Assembly: GCA_018823285.1 (NCBI GenBank)
Contig: JAHJIQ010000010.1
Coordinates: forward strand, 15,808-79,807
Length of the DNA: 64,000 nt
Reading direction: 5' to 3'
Source: Pseudomonadota bacterium
GTDB taxonomy: Bacteria; Desulfobacterota; Desulfobulbia; Desulfobulbales; JAGXFP01
A program made the translations under genes and the position numbers. Within the stretch, counting starts at the first letter, position 1; every line of letters begins with the position of its first letter. Positions 53,201 to 62,554 of the stretch are shown here, one piece after another. The notes beneath the pieces are model-generated. The model was not told the DNA's origin and made no database searches. It worked only from the letters and a program-made list of their open reading frames with translations.

Positions 53201-55445
53201 CCGATTGGTTACGGTCACCGATGCAGAAAACGGGATAGTTACCGCTGCCTACGATGAACTGGGCAACCGGATTTCACTGACCGATACCCGCAGTAAGACA
53301 ACGAACTATGAATACGATGTCTTAAACCGTCTGACCCGGGTCGAATACCCGATCGGTGATGCTGTCACAACTGCCGAGACTATGGTCTATGATCTGGTCG
53401 GCAACTTATTGTCGTTCACCAATGCAGATGGCACCACCACTTATTCTTATGATCAGAACTACCGGTTGTTGCTGAAGACCGATCCCGACTCGGCAACCTT
53501 TTCGTACACCTATGACGCAGAGGGAAAACGGTTGACTGCCGATGGTGGGGTTGGCACCACGACCTTCACGTACAACTCCCTTGGCCAGGTTTCCGCGACT
53601 ACCGACCCCCATGGATTGACGGTGAGTTATACCTATAACCCGGCTGGCAGCCGGACATCGATCCGTTATCCGGGTAACAAGATTGTCTATTACACCTACG
53701 ATGAACTTAACCGGCTGGCCTCGGTCAGCGACTGGGGCGGTGTTTCAACAACCTACGCCTACGATGATGCCGGGCGTCTGGCGGCCAAGACCTTTGGTAA
53801 CGGTTCGGTAGAAAGTTTTACCTATGACGATTCCGGGCGGCTGTTGACCAAGGAGGATCGCGATCCGGCCAGCGCCCTGATTGCCGGATATACGTTTACC
53901 ATGGATGGGGTCGGCAACCGCACTGCAGTCGATATGACCCAGCCTCTGGTGCCACTGCTCGACAACGACAGTGATGTCTTCACCCATGACGATGGCAACC
54001 GGGTGCTAACCGGCACCGGTGAGACCTTCACCCACGATGATCTGGGCAACCGTACCAGCCTGGATGATGGTGGTGTAATCACCGATTACACCTATAACCA
54101 TGACGACCTGTTGACCGGGGTAGCCAAGGGGACTGATTTTTTCAGCTACCAATACAATGCCGATGGTCAGCGGCTTGCTTCTGTCAACAAAGGGATAGAG
54201 ACCCGCTACCTGCTCGATGTGATTGGTGAGATGGAATTTGTCCTGGCCGAGATGGATGATAGCAATGCGGTCAGCAAGTATTACATCTATGGTGATGGTT
54301 TGCTTTATTCTATAGATGGCACCACTGGCGAACGGCTCTATTTCCACTATGATCCGATCGGTTCCACCGTGGCGATTACAGATGCCACCGGCTCAGTAAC
54401 CGACAAGTACTCTTACCTGCCGTTTGGCGAGTTAAATCGTAGCGAGACCACCCACGACAATCCCTTCCTCTATGTTGGCAAGTTCGGAGTTATGCAGGAG
54501 CCGACCGGTCTCCAGTTCATGCGAGCCAGGTTCTATGACCCAGGGACCCGTAGGTTTATGAGTAAGGACCCGGTTAAGGGTGGTATGAATAATAGTCAGA
54601 GCTTGAGTCCATATGCATATGTACAAGGCAACGTGACTTCTAGTGTTGATCCAAGGGGTGAGTTGTTAACTTCAGTTTTAGGATTGATTACATCGTCAAC
54701 GGTTCAATATTTCGACCAGAACCCTCAAACTAACTTGCAGACGATGCTTGCAGCGGCGGAACTAAATTTAAAAGCTATGACTCTGACATCTGCGGCAAAT
54801 TTTGTTGGTAAAGCCTCGCTTGCTATTGCCGCCGGTTGGGAAATTGGAATGTTTGGTGTCGGATTGTATGAAGGGTTTAAGGGTAAGAAATATGAGGCAC
54901 AGTGGAGTGCCACCCACTGGGTAGGTTATGCGAAAGGGTATACCTACGCAGCAAGATTAGACAACCTTAGATACATGTACAATCGAGTCAAAAACGGCTG
55001 TAGTCCTTTTGACGAGGAATGCATTTATAGAAAAAGCATAGAAAAATCTTCTGAATTTGCGGGGAATGGGGAGATCGTCTCTTATGAGCAAGCTAGCGAC
55101 GTGTATAGCCAAGAAACTAATGGCTCATCAGATGCCGCTACTGAAGACAGATCAGGCGGCGGAGTTAACTGGGACAATATAGTCCTCTCGGTTTCCTGTG
55201 TTGCAGATTGTGGCCAAGAAGAAACCGAAACCAGGTCGGAAAGAGAGATATATAAAGAAGAACAGCGGCGGAAACGTAAAGATAGGGATCGGCGTAAGGC
55301 AAAGCGGCAACAGGCAAAAGCCAACCAGAAAAGAATGTATGAAAACTATGCCCGGTCGGTTAGTAAGCATTCTGTAATAGTTTACGACCTTAATGCCCTG
55401 CCTAGTTTTAACTCAGGTGGCGGCGGCGGGGTTTACTCCAGATAA
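50223..55445 (+). CDS. RHS/YD-repeat protein 1 with Sec-type leader, chitobiase-C-like and carboxypeptidase-regulatory-like domains and a C-terminal variable tip
   Basis: Leader MKFISGIITLLLVTACLSA. Then ATIYYTIDGSEPT...LKFFAVDLAGN, SGNYSFTGLAAGYYSI, dozens of YD repeats (xxYxYDxxGNxxxxTD), the core end RFYDPGTRRFMSKDP and the cleavage-type motif DPRGE (54649-54663). The ORF-track start at 50181 overlaps the previous gene. Confidence 0.9.
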   Translation: MKFISGIITLLLVTACLSADVAAMESANFKMPVFSSNHGGGAAGSSQYQLSKSVIPRQPVGLSTSANFQVQAEVLDHGLSTAPSCGVFISQDNVAANDPAVSLDLICSDPDGCEEVSISNNGFNWPVTQPFTTTTSWTLSPGDGEKKVFVKYKDTTGEWSGICGDSINLDTRAPTASATLQGDTFIGTQNVSLVASEPATIYYTIDGSEPTTASTLYTTPLDLTVNTTLKFFAVDLAGNNGPVATEDYTICTGTGLSITGAVRDALLNQNVPLAVINLKTGQQTVSNPSGNYSFTGLAAGYYSIDSVSITAPGYVTYQKELTLCQANIVNDISLTKDTTVLGTGSSSGYSGDNVNTSTGNYAYNRSDLAIPGRGIPFAFDRTYNSQDGSDGPLGFGWTHNYNISLTEEAGGEVSIRWGEGRTETWIPDGGGGYIPMYGVFSILTKNLDTSFNLRLKDMTEYNFDPTGLLTSIADEYSNTISFSYSSGNLASVTDTVGRIINFTSDVNGRITSITDPINRSATFSYDVNGNLVSATDLDGNATTFTYDIYHRILTVVDPLGNIVLTNTYDDQKNVIAAQKGALGGETLYSYDVEQRRTQIIDRLGNISYHYYDDLLRLICEVDALGYSAHYEFDERGNLISVTDKNGNITNYAHDANGNVLTKTEPLGRVTSATYDADNNPLTRTDANTNTTTFTYDGQGSLLTVTDALNNVTTYTYDAYGQMETVTDDLSNVTTNYYDIYGNRVSVVDALTNTHTYTYDVVGRKISESHPLGRGTLFTYDNLDRLVSVTDALGGGSLFTYDANGNKTEHLDANGNKTTFAYDARDRLISKTTPMNETETYVYDLLDRRIAVTSPLGSVTSLVYDKIGNVNQTLDAMGNVSRSEYDANGNKLKTTDPMGNETLFVYNALNWLLSTTDALGNTTSFTYDSNGNRLTVTDARSKTLTSTYDVLNRLLTVADPLNNVTTNTYDDLGRLLTVTDARNNTTSFTYDEIGRLVTVTDAENGIVTAAYDELGNRISLTDTRSKTTNYEYDVLNRLTRVEYPIGDAVTTAETMVYDLVGNLLSFTNADGTTTYSYDQNYRLLLKTDPDSATFSYTYDAEGKRLTADGGVGTTTFTYNSLGQVSATTDPHGLTVSYTYNPAGSRTSIRYPGNKIVYYTYDELNRLASVSDWGGVSTTYAYDDAGRLAAKTFGNGSVESFTYDDSGRLLTKEDRDPASALIAGYTFTMDGVGNRTAVDMTQPLVPLLDNDSDVFTHDDGNRVLTGTGETFTHDDLGNRTSLDDGGVITDYTYNHDDLLTGVAKGTDFFSYQYNADGQRLASVNKGIETRYLLDVIGEMEFVLAEMDDSNAVSKYYIYGDGLLYSIDGTTGERLYFHYDPIGSTVAITDATGSVTDKYSYLPFGELNRSETTHDNPFLYVGKFGVMQEPTGLQFMRARFYDPGTRRFMSKDPVKGGMNNSQSLSPYAYVQGNVTSSVDPRGELLTSVLGLITSSTVQYFDQNPQTNLQTMLAAAELNLKAMTLTSAANFVGKASLAIAAGWEIGMFGVGLYEGFKGKKYEAQWSATHWVGYAKGYTYAARLDNLRYMYNRVKNGCSPFDEECIYRKSIEKSSEFAGNGEIVSYEQASDVYSQETNGSSDAATEDRSGGGVNWDNIVLSVSCVADCGQEETETRSEREIYKEEQRRKRKDRDRRKAKRQQAKANQKRMYENYARSVSKHSVIVYDLNALPSFNSGGGGGVYSR

Positions 55446-55495
55446 TCAAAAAACAAGAGGTTTGATTTTATAACTTCAGACATACAGGACTAGTG

Positions 55496-56278
55496 ATGAA
55501 AAGAGCATTTGTAGCATTAATGACTTTGGCGATGGTTTTGATGCTGACGGTAACCGCCGGGGCAGTTCCCAACCTGATCAGCTATCAAGGTATCCTGAAT
55601 GATGGTGGTGGTAACCCGATCAGTTCGACGGTCAGCATCACCTTCAAGATCTATGATGTCCCGTCCGGCGGCACCGAACTCTGGGGTGAGACCCAATCGG
55701 TTCAGGCATCAAACGGTATTTTCAATGTCCAGCTTGGTTCTATCCATCCTCTGGCTTCATCAGTGTTTCAGACTGATACCCTTTACCTCGGAATCCAGGT
55801 CGGAGCTGATCCTGAAATGGTACCAAGGCAGCAATTAATGACCGGAGGATATTCCCAAAAAGCGGCCTTAGTCGAGGAAACTATTTCTCCAATAGGTGCT
55901 GTAATGGCTTGGATGAAATCTATGCCGGGAGTGCCATCCTTGCCAGAAGGATGGGTGGAATGTGGTGGTCAAACTTTGGTCGATGTTGATAGTCCATTAA
56001 ATGGGCAGGTTATTCCTGATTTGAACGGTCAAAATAGATTTTTAAGAGGTGCTGTGGGAAGTGGGTTGTCGGGAGGGGCGACTTCTCATGGCCATAATAT
56101 TGGGCATGTAAACACCCAGTTTATGGGTGCGGGCAATGTCGCTAATGCAAACAAAACTGACGCGGCTGTGTATATTTCTGCGGGATATTATGGTGGCGGG
56201 ATTGGAGATTTTACAAACCGTTCAGCATCTCATTTACCTTCATATTATGAAGTCGTCTGGATTATGAAAGTTAAATAA
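55496..56278 (+). CDS. secreted protein: shared N-domain plus phage tail-collar-like C-domain
   Basis: AGGA (55486-55489) precedes ATG 55496. Signal peptide MKRAFVALMTLAMVLMLTVTAGA. N-domain: VPNLISYQGILND... The C-domain, PEGWVECGGQTL...VIPDLNGQNRFLRGA...GGATSHGH, resembles the tail Collar domain pattern P.GW..CdGq...PDLrGr...H.H. Confidence 0.65.
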   Translation: MKRAFVALMTLAMVLMLTVTAGAVPNLISYQGILNDGGGNPISSTVSITFKIYDVPSGGTELWGETQSVQASNGIFNVQLGSIHPLASSVFQTDTLYLGIQVGADPEMVPRQQLMTGGYSQKAALVEETISPIGAVMAWMKSMPGVPSLPEGWVECGGQTLVDVDSPLNGQVIPDLNGQNRFLRGAVGSGLSGGATSHGHNIGHVNTQFMGAGNVANANKTDAAVYISAGYYGGGIGDFTNRSASHLPSYYEVVWIMKVK

Positions 56279-56299
56279 AGAGTTTTTTAAACACAGGAC

Positions 56300-59200
56300 A
56301 TGCGTATTGTGAGATTAATATTTAGCTCAATATTAATAACAAAATTTATATCAATCCTATTAATCCCAGCCCTTTCTTCAGCTGGAATGACCAGCACCAA
56401 CTATGGTGTGTCGTCTCTGCTGGAGAATAATGGCAGCGGCAACAGGGCATCCGCGAACTACCAAGTTGTCGCCGATGTCATCACATCTCAGCCTTGTGAG
56501 AACTCGGTCAGCTTCAACTATTCCGTCGAATGCCGGGCGGTTGCACCTTTGCCGGGCGGCATTTCCTGCGGCATCTATATCAATTCCGACGAGGCCATCA
56601 CCGCAGCAACTTCGGTCGATCTCGGCCTGGTATGCAGTTCGCCCAGCGGCTGTTCCAAGGTAAAAGTCTCCAATAACGGGGTGGGGTGGTCCGAGCCTTA
56701 TGACTATGCCACCTCCATGCCCTGGCAGTTGGCGAATAACGACGGCGAACGGCAGGTCTTTGTCAAGTTCATGAACGGGTACGGGGTCTGGTCCGGGGTG
56801 TGTCACGACTCGATCATGCTCGATACCACCGCCCCGCTGGTCACCATCTCGCCGACCGGCGACACCTACATGAACGGCCAGTCCGTGGCCCTGACCGCCA
56901 GCGAGCAGGGGGCGATCTACTACACCATCGACGATAGCGACCCTTCCGACACCTCGCCGCAGTACACAACTCCGCTTGCCATCAGCGCGGACAGCACCAT
57001 AAAAAGTTTTGCCGTCGATGTGGCCGGCAATGCCGGGCCGGTGGCCAGCGAAAGCTATACCATCTGCACCGGCTCGAACATGTCCATCTCCGGCGTGGTG
57101 AAGGACGCCACCCTGAACAACAAGGGCATGGGCTATGTGGTGGTCACCCTGAACAGCGGTCACACCGCCACCACCACCGCCGCCGGCAACTACTCGTTCA
57201 CCAACCTGCCGCGCGGCAACTACCGCATCGAATCGATCACCACCGTGACCCCCGGCTACATGACCTACCAGAAGGAGCTGGAGCTGTGCAAGACCAGCAT
57301 CGCCAACGAGGACATCATCCTGAGCCGGCCGGACACGGTTTTCGGCTTCTCTTCCAACTCCGGCTACGGCGACGGGCCGGTGAACACCGCCACCGGCAAC
57401 TACGTCTACGCCAATGCCGACCTGCAGATCCCCGGCCGGGGCGTGCCTTTCTCCTTCGTCCGGGCCTATAACTCGCAGGACGGCACCGACGGGCCCTTCG
57501 GCATCGGCTGGACCCACAGCTACAATGTGCATCTGGCCGTGAGTGCCGACAACGAGGTGACGGTCCGCCTCGGCGACGGCAAGGCAGAAACCTGGACCCC
57601 GGACGGATCCGGCGGTTATACCCCCCGCTACGGCGTGTTCAGTTCGCTGACTAAAAATGGCGACAACACCTATACCATCCGCCAGAAGGACATGACCGAG
57701 TACAACTTCAACGGGGATAACCGGATCGCCTCCATCGTCGACGCCCATGGCAACCGGATTCTCTTCAACTACGAAGGTGGCATCCTGACCTCCATCACCG
57801 ATACGGTGGACCGGACCATCAGCATCTCCTACGACACCTTCGGCCATATCACCCGGCTGCTCGACCCCCTGGGGAGATCGGTCAACTACGTTTACGACGG
57901 CAGCGGCGATCTGGTCAACGTGCTCGACCTGGGCGGCAACAGCACCGCTTATACCTATGACACCAACCACCAGATCCTCACCATCACCGACCCGCTGAAC
58001 CATATCGCGGTTTCCAACACCTACGACGAGCAGAAGCGGGTGGTATCGAGCCAGCGCGACGCCATCGGCGCCGAAACCCTCTACAGCTACGATGGGGTCA
58101 ATAAGTCGACCACGGTGACCGACCCCTATGGCAACACCTCGTACCACTACTACAACGAGTACCTGCAGCTCGTGCGGGAGGTCGATGCGCTTGGCCATGA
58201 GGCCACCTATGCCTATGACGACCGGGGCAACCTGGTGAGCGCCGTCGACAAGCGGGGCAACGAGACCACCTATGCCTATGACGCAAACGGCAACGTGCTG
58301 ACCAAGACCGAACCGCTGGGCCGGGTGACCTCCGCCCTCTACGACGCCAACAACAATCCAACTTCCAAGGCTGATGCTAAGGGCAACACCACGCTCTACA
58401 CCTATGACCCGACAAACGGGAACCTACTTAGCGAGGAGGATGCGCTGCATGTGGTGACCGCCTACACCTATGACCAATACGGCCAGGTGCTGACCGAGAC
58501 CTATGCCGTGGGTACCACATTGGAGACGGTAACCAGCTTTGAATACGACCAGGCCAGCGGCGATCTGGTGGCGGTGCAGGACGTCCAGGGCAATCGCAGC
58601 ACCTCCACCTACGACGCAGTGGGCCGCAAGCTGACGGAGAATCACCCGCTGGGCCGCTCAAAGGCCTACGATTATGATGCCATGGACCGGCTGCTCTCCA
58701 TCACCGATGCTCTGGGCAAGACCACCTCGTTCACTTACGATGCCAATGGTAACAAGGTGCAGCATGTCGACGCCAAGGGTAATATCAGCAGTTTTGCCTA
58801 CGATGCCAAAAACCGGTTGATCAGTCGGACTTCGGCGGAGGGTCGAACCGAGAGTTATCAATACGACAAGATGGACCGGCGTGTCGCGTTGACCGACCCC
58901 ATGGGCAGGACCACCCAGACGATCTATGATGCCTTGGGCAATGTGATCCAGCGCATCGATCCCGTGGGCAACAGTGCCCGTCACGAGTACGACGCCAACG
59001 GCAACCGGGTCAAAACCGTTGATGCCAAGGGCAATGTAACCACCTTTGTCTATGATGCCTTGAACCGTCTCGTTTCAATCACCGAGCCGCTTGGGGTGAC
59101 GGAGAGCTATGCCTATGACGTCAACGGCAATCGGTTAACGGTCACCGATGCCCAAAGTCATCTGACCACATATACCTTTGACGCCAGAGACCGCCTGAAG

Positions 59201-61642
59201 ACGGTGGCCGACCATCTTGGCAACTCGGTGACCAACGAATATGACGAACTCGGCCGGTTCATCAGGGTCACGGATGCCAAGAACAAACAGACCAATTTTA
59301 GCTACGATTCCCTAGGCCGCCTAGTCCAGGTTGTCGATGCCGAAGGCGGCGTGGTTGCAGCCACCTATGATGCCTTGGGCAATCGGCTAACGCTGACCGA
59401 TACCAGATCCAATACCACCGAGTACAGCTATGATGATTTGAACCGCCTGCTGTCGGAAAGCGACCCACTGGGCAATTCCGTGTCCATGGAGTATGACGTG
59501 CTGGGGAACCTGGCGGCCTTGACCGAAGCGGACAACCGGACCACGACCTACAGTTACGACAAGGACAATCGGTTGGTCAGCATGATTTATCCTGGGGCCG
59601 CTAGCACGGCAACCTACAGCTACGACGCCAACGGCAATCGGCTCAGCGTGGTGGACGGCATGGGCACGACCATCTACAGCTATGACGAGTTGAACCAGGT
59701 TGCGGCGGTCACCGACCCCTTCGGCCAGACCGTGGGCTATACCTACGACCCCAACGGCAATCGGAGTTCCACCCGCTATCCCGGCAACCGGTCGGTCTAC
59801 TACTACTTCGACGCCCAGGACCGGCTGACCAGGGTGGAGGACTGGGGAGGAATCGCCACCAGCTATCAGTACGATACCCTTGGTCGCTTGTCTGGCATGA
59901 CCATGGGTAATGAGGCCACCGTGGCCTACTCCTACGACGACGCCAACCGGCTCATCGCCAAAACCGATCTGGATGCCCACGGCAGCCTGGTCGCTGGCTA
60001 TATCTTAACCATAGATTCTAATGGTAACCGCACCGGTCTTGAGATGGAGCAGCCTCTACTGCCCATGATTGCCGACAGCAATGATTCTTTTATTCATAAT
60101 GAAGCCAATCAACTCTCAACCAGCAACGGCAAGACCTACAACCATGACGTCATGGGCAACCGCACCCGGCAGGATGATGGTGTTAAGGCAATCAATTACT
60201 CCTACAACGACGACGGCCTGCTCGACCGGGTGGTCGATGGCGCCACGGTGTACGAATACCATTACAACAGTGCCGGCCACCGGTTGTCCTCGGTGATGAA
60301 CTCCACTGAAACCCGCTACCTGCTCGATACCAACGGCGGCATGGAATATGTGCTGGCGGAGATGGACGGCAGTAACAACGCTTATCGCTATTACGTTTAC
60401 GGCGATGGCCTGTTGTACAGCATTGATGCGGCGACCGGGACACGGCACTACTACCACTACGATCCTATCGGCAGCACGGTGGCTATCACGGATAAGGATG
60501 GGATCGAGGTTAACCAATACGCTTATCTACCTTATGGCAAGCCGGCGGCGGTAGTTGATAGTGCCGACAGTAATCCCTTTAGATATATCGGTAAGTTTGG
60601 GGTAATGCAGGAGCCAACCGGGATGCAGTTTATGCGGGCCAGGTTCTATGACCCAGATACACGGAGGTTCATGAGCAAGGACCCTGTGAAGGGGGATATG
60701 AAGGATAGTCAGACTTTGAACCAGTACAGCTACGCGAAAGGAAATCCTATAACATACATTGATCCTGATGGTGAATTTGCATGGGTAGTATTTGTGCCTA
60801 TTGTGACAGGGATTGTTGGTGGGATATCTACTACAACAAAATATTTGAAAAATAATGAGGATGCTACTTTTGGAGGTGCTGCCAAAGCTTTTGCTTTAGG
60901 CGGTGTGGGAGGGGTTGCGGCAGGGATCGGCGCTATGTTGGGTCCGGTGGGGGGGCTTGTCGGGGGACTTACCGCGGTTGCTTTTGAAAAATCAGCAGAG
61001 CGTTCACTGCGAGCACCGACAGGTGATGAAGTTCTCGGTGACGTCCCAGATTTTATTGCCGGCGGAGTCATTGGGGCTGCATCAGGATCTTTGCTTAAAA
61101 TCAGGGGCAGACTTCCAACTCATTTAAAGACCATGTTCTACGGTAAACACGCAACGCACCTATTTTCAAGTCTTGTCGGAGAACTTGCAAGTAAAGCAAT
61201 AATAACAGGCCTAACTTCAGGTTCAGACGCTGAAAAGACCGTTGAAATATTAGTTGAAGAAATGATGAGTGGATCTGTTTCCACCGCTGCAGAGGTAAAA
61301 ACACCCTCGGAGATTGCCGTTGTTAGCATGATGAGTGAGAAAAAGGAACGTTCATGGGCGGAAATTCGTGAACTTACTCGGCAACGAAGGGAAGAGCAGA
61401 GATTCGTCGCGGAACAGCGCCGCCTTGAGTCAAAACTTCGAAAACGGGCTCGTGCTGAGGCTAAGAAAGATCGTCAAGAAGAACGGGAAAGAATGCGGCG
61501 GGAGAAGGATCGGCTTGAGCGGGAGCTCTACGCTCAGTTGACCTCACTTTATAGCAAACATCATGTTTTGATTCAGGAGTTGTCGTCAAGGCCTGCCTTT
61601 AACTCTGGTAATCGTAACCGGGTCGGGGCTTATGGGAATTAA
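56300..61642 (+). CDS. RHS/YD-repeat protein 2 (GC-rich core) with a distinct C-terminal tip
   Basis: 1780 aa with the same architecture as RHS1. Core end RFYDPDTRRFMSKDP and DPDGE at 60761-60775. The tip is rich in glycine-zipper/TM segments and ends in a K/R/E coiled coil. Confidence 0.9.
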   Translation: MRIVRLIFSSILITKFISILLIPALSSAGMTSTNYGVSSLLENNGSGNRASANYQVVADVITSQPCENSVSFNYSVECRAVAPLPGGISCGIYINSDEAITAATSVDLGLVCSSPSGCSKVKVSNNGVGWSEPYDYATSMPWQLANNDGERQVFVKFMNGYGVWSGVCHDSIMLDTTAPLVTISPTGDTYMNGQSVALTASEQGAIYYTIDDSDPSDTSPQYTTPLAISADSTIKSFAVDVAGNAGPVASESYTICTGSNMSISGVVKDATLNNKGMGYVVVTLNSGHTATTTAAGNYSFTNLPRGNYRIESITTVTPGYMTYQKELELCKTSIANEDIILSRPDTVFGFSSNSGYGDGPVNTATGNYVYANADLQIPGRGVPFSFVRAYNSQDGTDGPFGIGWTHSYNVHLAVSADNEVTVRLGDGKAETWTPDGSGGYTPRYGVFSSLTKNGDNTYTIRQKDMTEYNFNGDNRIASIVDAHGNRILFNYEGGILTSITDTVDRTISISYDTFGHITRLLDPLGRSVNYVYDGSGDLVNVLDLGGNSTAYTYDTNHQILTITDPLNHIAVSNTYDEQKRVVSSQRDAIGAETLYSYDGVNKSTTVTDPYGNTSYHYYNEYLQLVREVDALGHEATYAYDDRGNLVSAVDKRGNETTYAYDANGNVLTKTEPLGRVTSALYDANNNPTSKADAKGNTTLYTYDPTNGNLLSEEDALHVVTAYTYDQYGQVLTETYAVGTTLETVTSFEYDQASGDLVAVQDVQGNRSTSTYDAVGRKLTENHPLGRSKAYDYDAMDRLLSITDALGKTTSFTYDANGNKVQHVDAKGNISSFAYDAKNRLISRTSAEGRTESYQYDKMDRRVALTDPMGRTTQTIYDALGNVIQRIDPVGNSARHEYDANGNRVKTVDAKGNVTTFVYDALNRLVSITEPLGVTESYAYDVNGNRLTVTDAQSHLTTYTFDARDRLKTVADHLGNSVTNEYDELGRFIRVTDAKNKQTNFSYDSLGRLVQVVDAEGGVVAATYDALGNRLTLTDTRSNTTEYSYDDLNRLLSESDPLGNSVSMEYDVLGNLAALTEADNRTTTYSYDKDNRLVSMIYPGAASTATYSYDANGNRLSVVDGMGTTIYSYDELNQVAAVTDPFGQTVGYTYDPNGNRSSTRYPGNRSVYYYFDAQDRLTRVEDWGGIATSYQYDTLGRLSGMTMGNEATVAYSYDDANRLIAKTDLDAHGSLVAGYILTIDSNGNRTGLEMEQPLLPMIADSNDSFIHNEANQLSTSNGKTYNHDVMGNRTRQDDGVKAINYSYNDDGLLDRVVDGATVYEYHYNSAGHRLSSVMNSTETRYLLDTNGGMEYVLAEMDGSNNAYRYYVYGDGLLYSIDAATGTRHYYHYDPIGSTVAITDKDGIEVNQYAYLPYGKPAAVVDSADSNPFRYIGKFGVMQEPTGMQFMRARFYDPDTRRFMSKDPVKGDMKDSQTLNQYSYAKGNPITYIDPDGEFAWVVFVPIVTGIVGGISTTTKYLKNNEDATFGGAAKAFALGGVGGVAAGIGAMLGPVGGLVGGLTAVAFEKSAERSLRAPTGDEVLGDVPDFIAGGVIGAASGSLLKIRGRLPTHLKTMFYGKHATHLFSSLVGELASKAIITGLTSGSDAEKTVEILVEEMMSGSVSTAAEVKTPSEIAVVSMMSEKKERSWAEIRELTRQRREEQRFVAEQRRLESKLRKRARAEAKKDRQEERERMRREKDRLERELYAQLTSLYSKHHVLIQELSSRPAFNSGNRNRVGAYGN

Positions 61643-61681
61643 ATAATGTTAATTAAGAACCTAAAACAAAAAGGTTTAAGC

Positions 61682-62527
61682 ATGAAAAGAACATTGATCA
61701 CACTCCAGTTAATCGTAGCCGCGATGATTCTTGTTGCATCAAACTCATTCGCGGTTCCCAATCTGATCAGCTACCAGGGTTTCCTGAACGATAGCCAGGG
61801 TCAGCCAGTCACCAACACTCTCAGCATGACCTTCAAAATCTACGATGCCGAAACAGGCGGCAATGAACTGTGGAGCGAGGCACAAAGTGTCCAAGTATCT
61901 AACGGAGAGTTCAATGTCCAGCTTGGTACTGTCCAGGCCTTGACTTCAACTGTCTTTCAAACTGATACGCTCTATCTTGGAGTCTCAGTTGGCGCAGACC
62001 CTGAGATGGTCCCCAGACAGCGAATAACCAGCGGTGGATATGCTAAAAAGGCGGAAACTGTAAGCCAGTTGGCATTGCCGGTGGGGACTATTATGTCTTG
62101 GGCTAAATCAATGCCAAACACCCCACCTCTGGAAGGTGTCTGGGTTGAGTGCAATGGGCAGACATTATCTGATCCTGAAAGTCCTTATGATGGTCAAGCG
62201 ATTCCTAATCTTAACGGAGAAAACAGGTTCCTAAAAGGGAGTACTTCTAGTGGTGCTGTGGGAGGTGCAACAAGCCATAATCATTACTCACCTTTGCGTA
62301 TACGACAATCTGGGCTTTATGTAGGTATAGGCGGATGGGGACAAGGTAGCCCAAATTTTAACGACCATTATATGTATCTTGACAGTGCAGGAGGTTCTGA
62401 GGTGTTTGCGAAGAACTGGCAAATAGGAAATGGTTTTGCTGGCTCAAATTACAACACCTACAAAACATCTGTTACTGAAACTACCCCGCCACACTATGAA
62501 GTAGTTTGGATAATAAAAGTTAAGTAA
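61682..62527 (+). CDS. secreted protein: shared N-domain plus tail-collar-like C-domain (paralog of 55496-56278)
   Basis: MKRTLITLQLIVAAMILVASNSFA|VPNLISYQGFLND... Collar-like part: EGVWVECNGQTL...AIPNLNGENRFLKGS...GGATSHNH. It ends ...HYEVVWIIKVK, like its paralog (YYEVVWIMKVK). An alternative start is ATG 61646. Confidence 0.65.
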   Translation: MKRTLITLQLIVAAMILVASNSFAVPNLISYQGFLNDSQGQPVTNTLSMTFKIYDAETGGNELWSEAQSVQVSNGEFNVQLGTVQALTSTVFQTDTLYLGVSVGADPEMVPRQRITSGGYAKKAETVSQLALPVGTIMSWAKSMPNTPPLEGVWVECNGQTLSDPESPYDGQAIPNLNGENRFLKGSTSSGAVGGATSHNHYSPLRIRQSGLYVGIGGWGQGSPNFNDHYMYLDSAGGSEVFAKNWQIGNGFAGSNYNTYKTSVTETTPPHYEVVWIIKVK

Positions 62528-62554
62528 GCAGATTTTAATCTAGAGAAATAATTG

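Noticed and set aside
56378-58198. 606-aa minus-strand ORF, plus several other long antisense ORFs at 58098-60517 inside RHS2.
   Set aside because: They lie entirely antisense to a gene with clear YD-repeat homology. The region is GC3-rich, which suppresses stop codons on the opposite strand. The translations are low-complexity (G/R/V/A-rich). I treat them as shadow ORFs.
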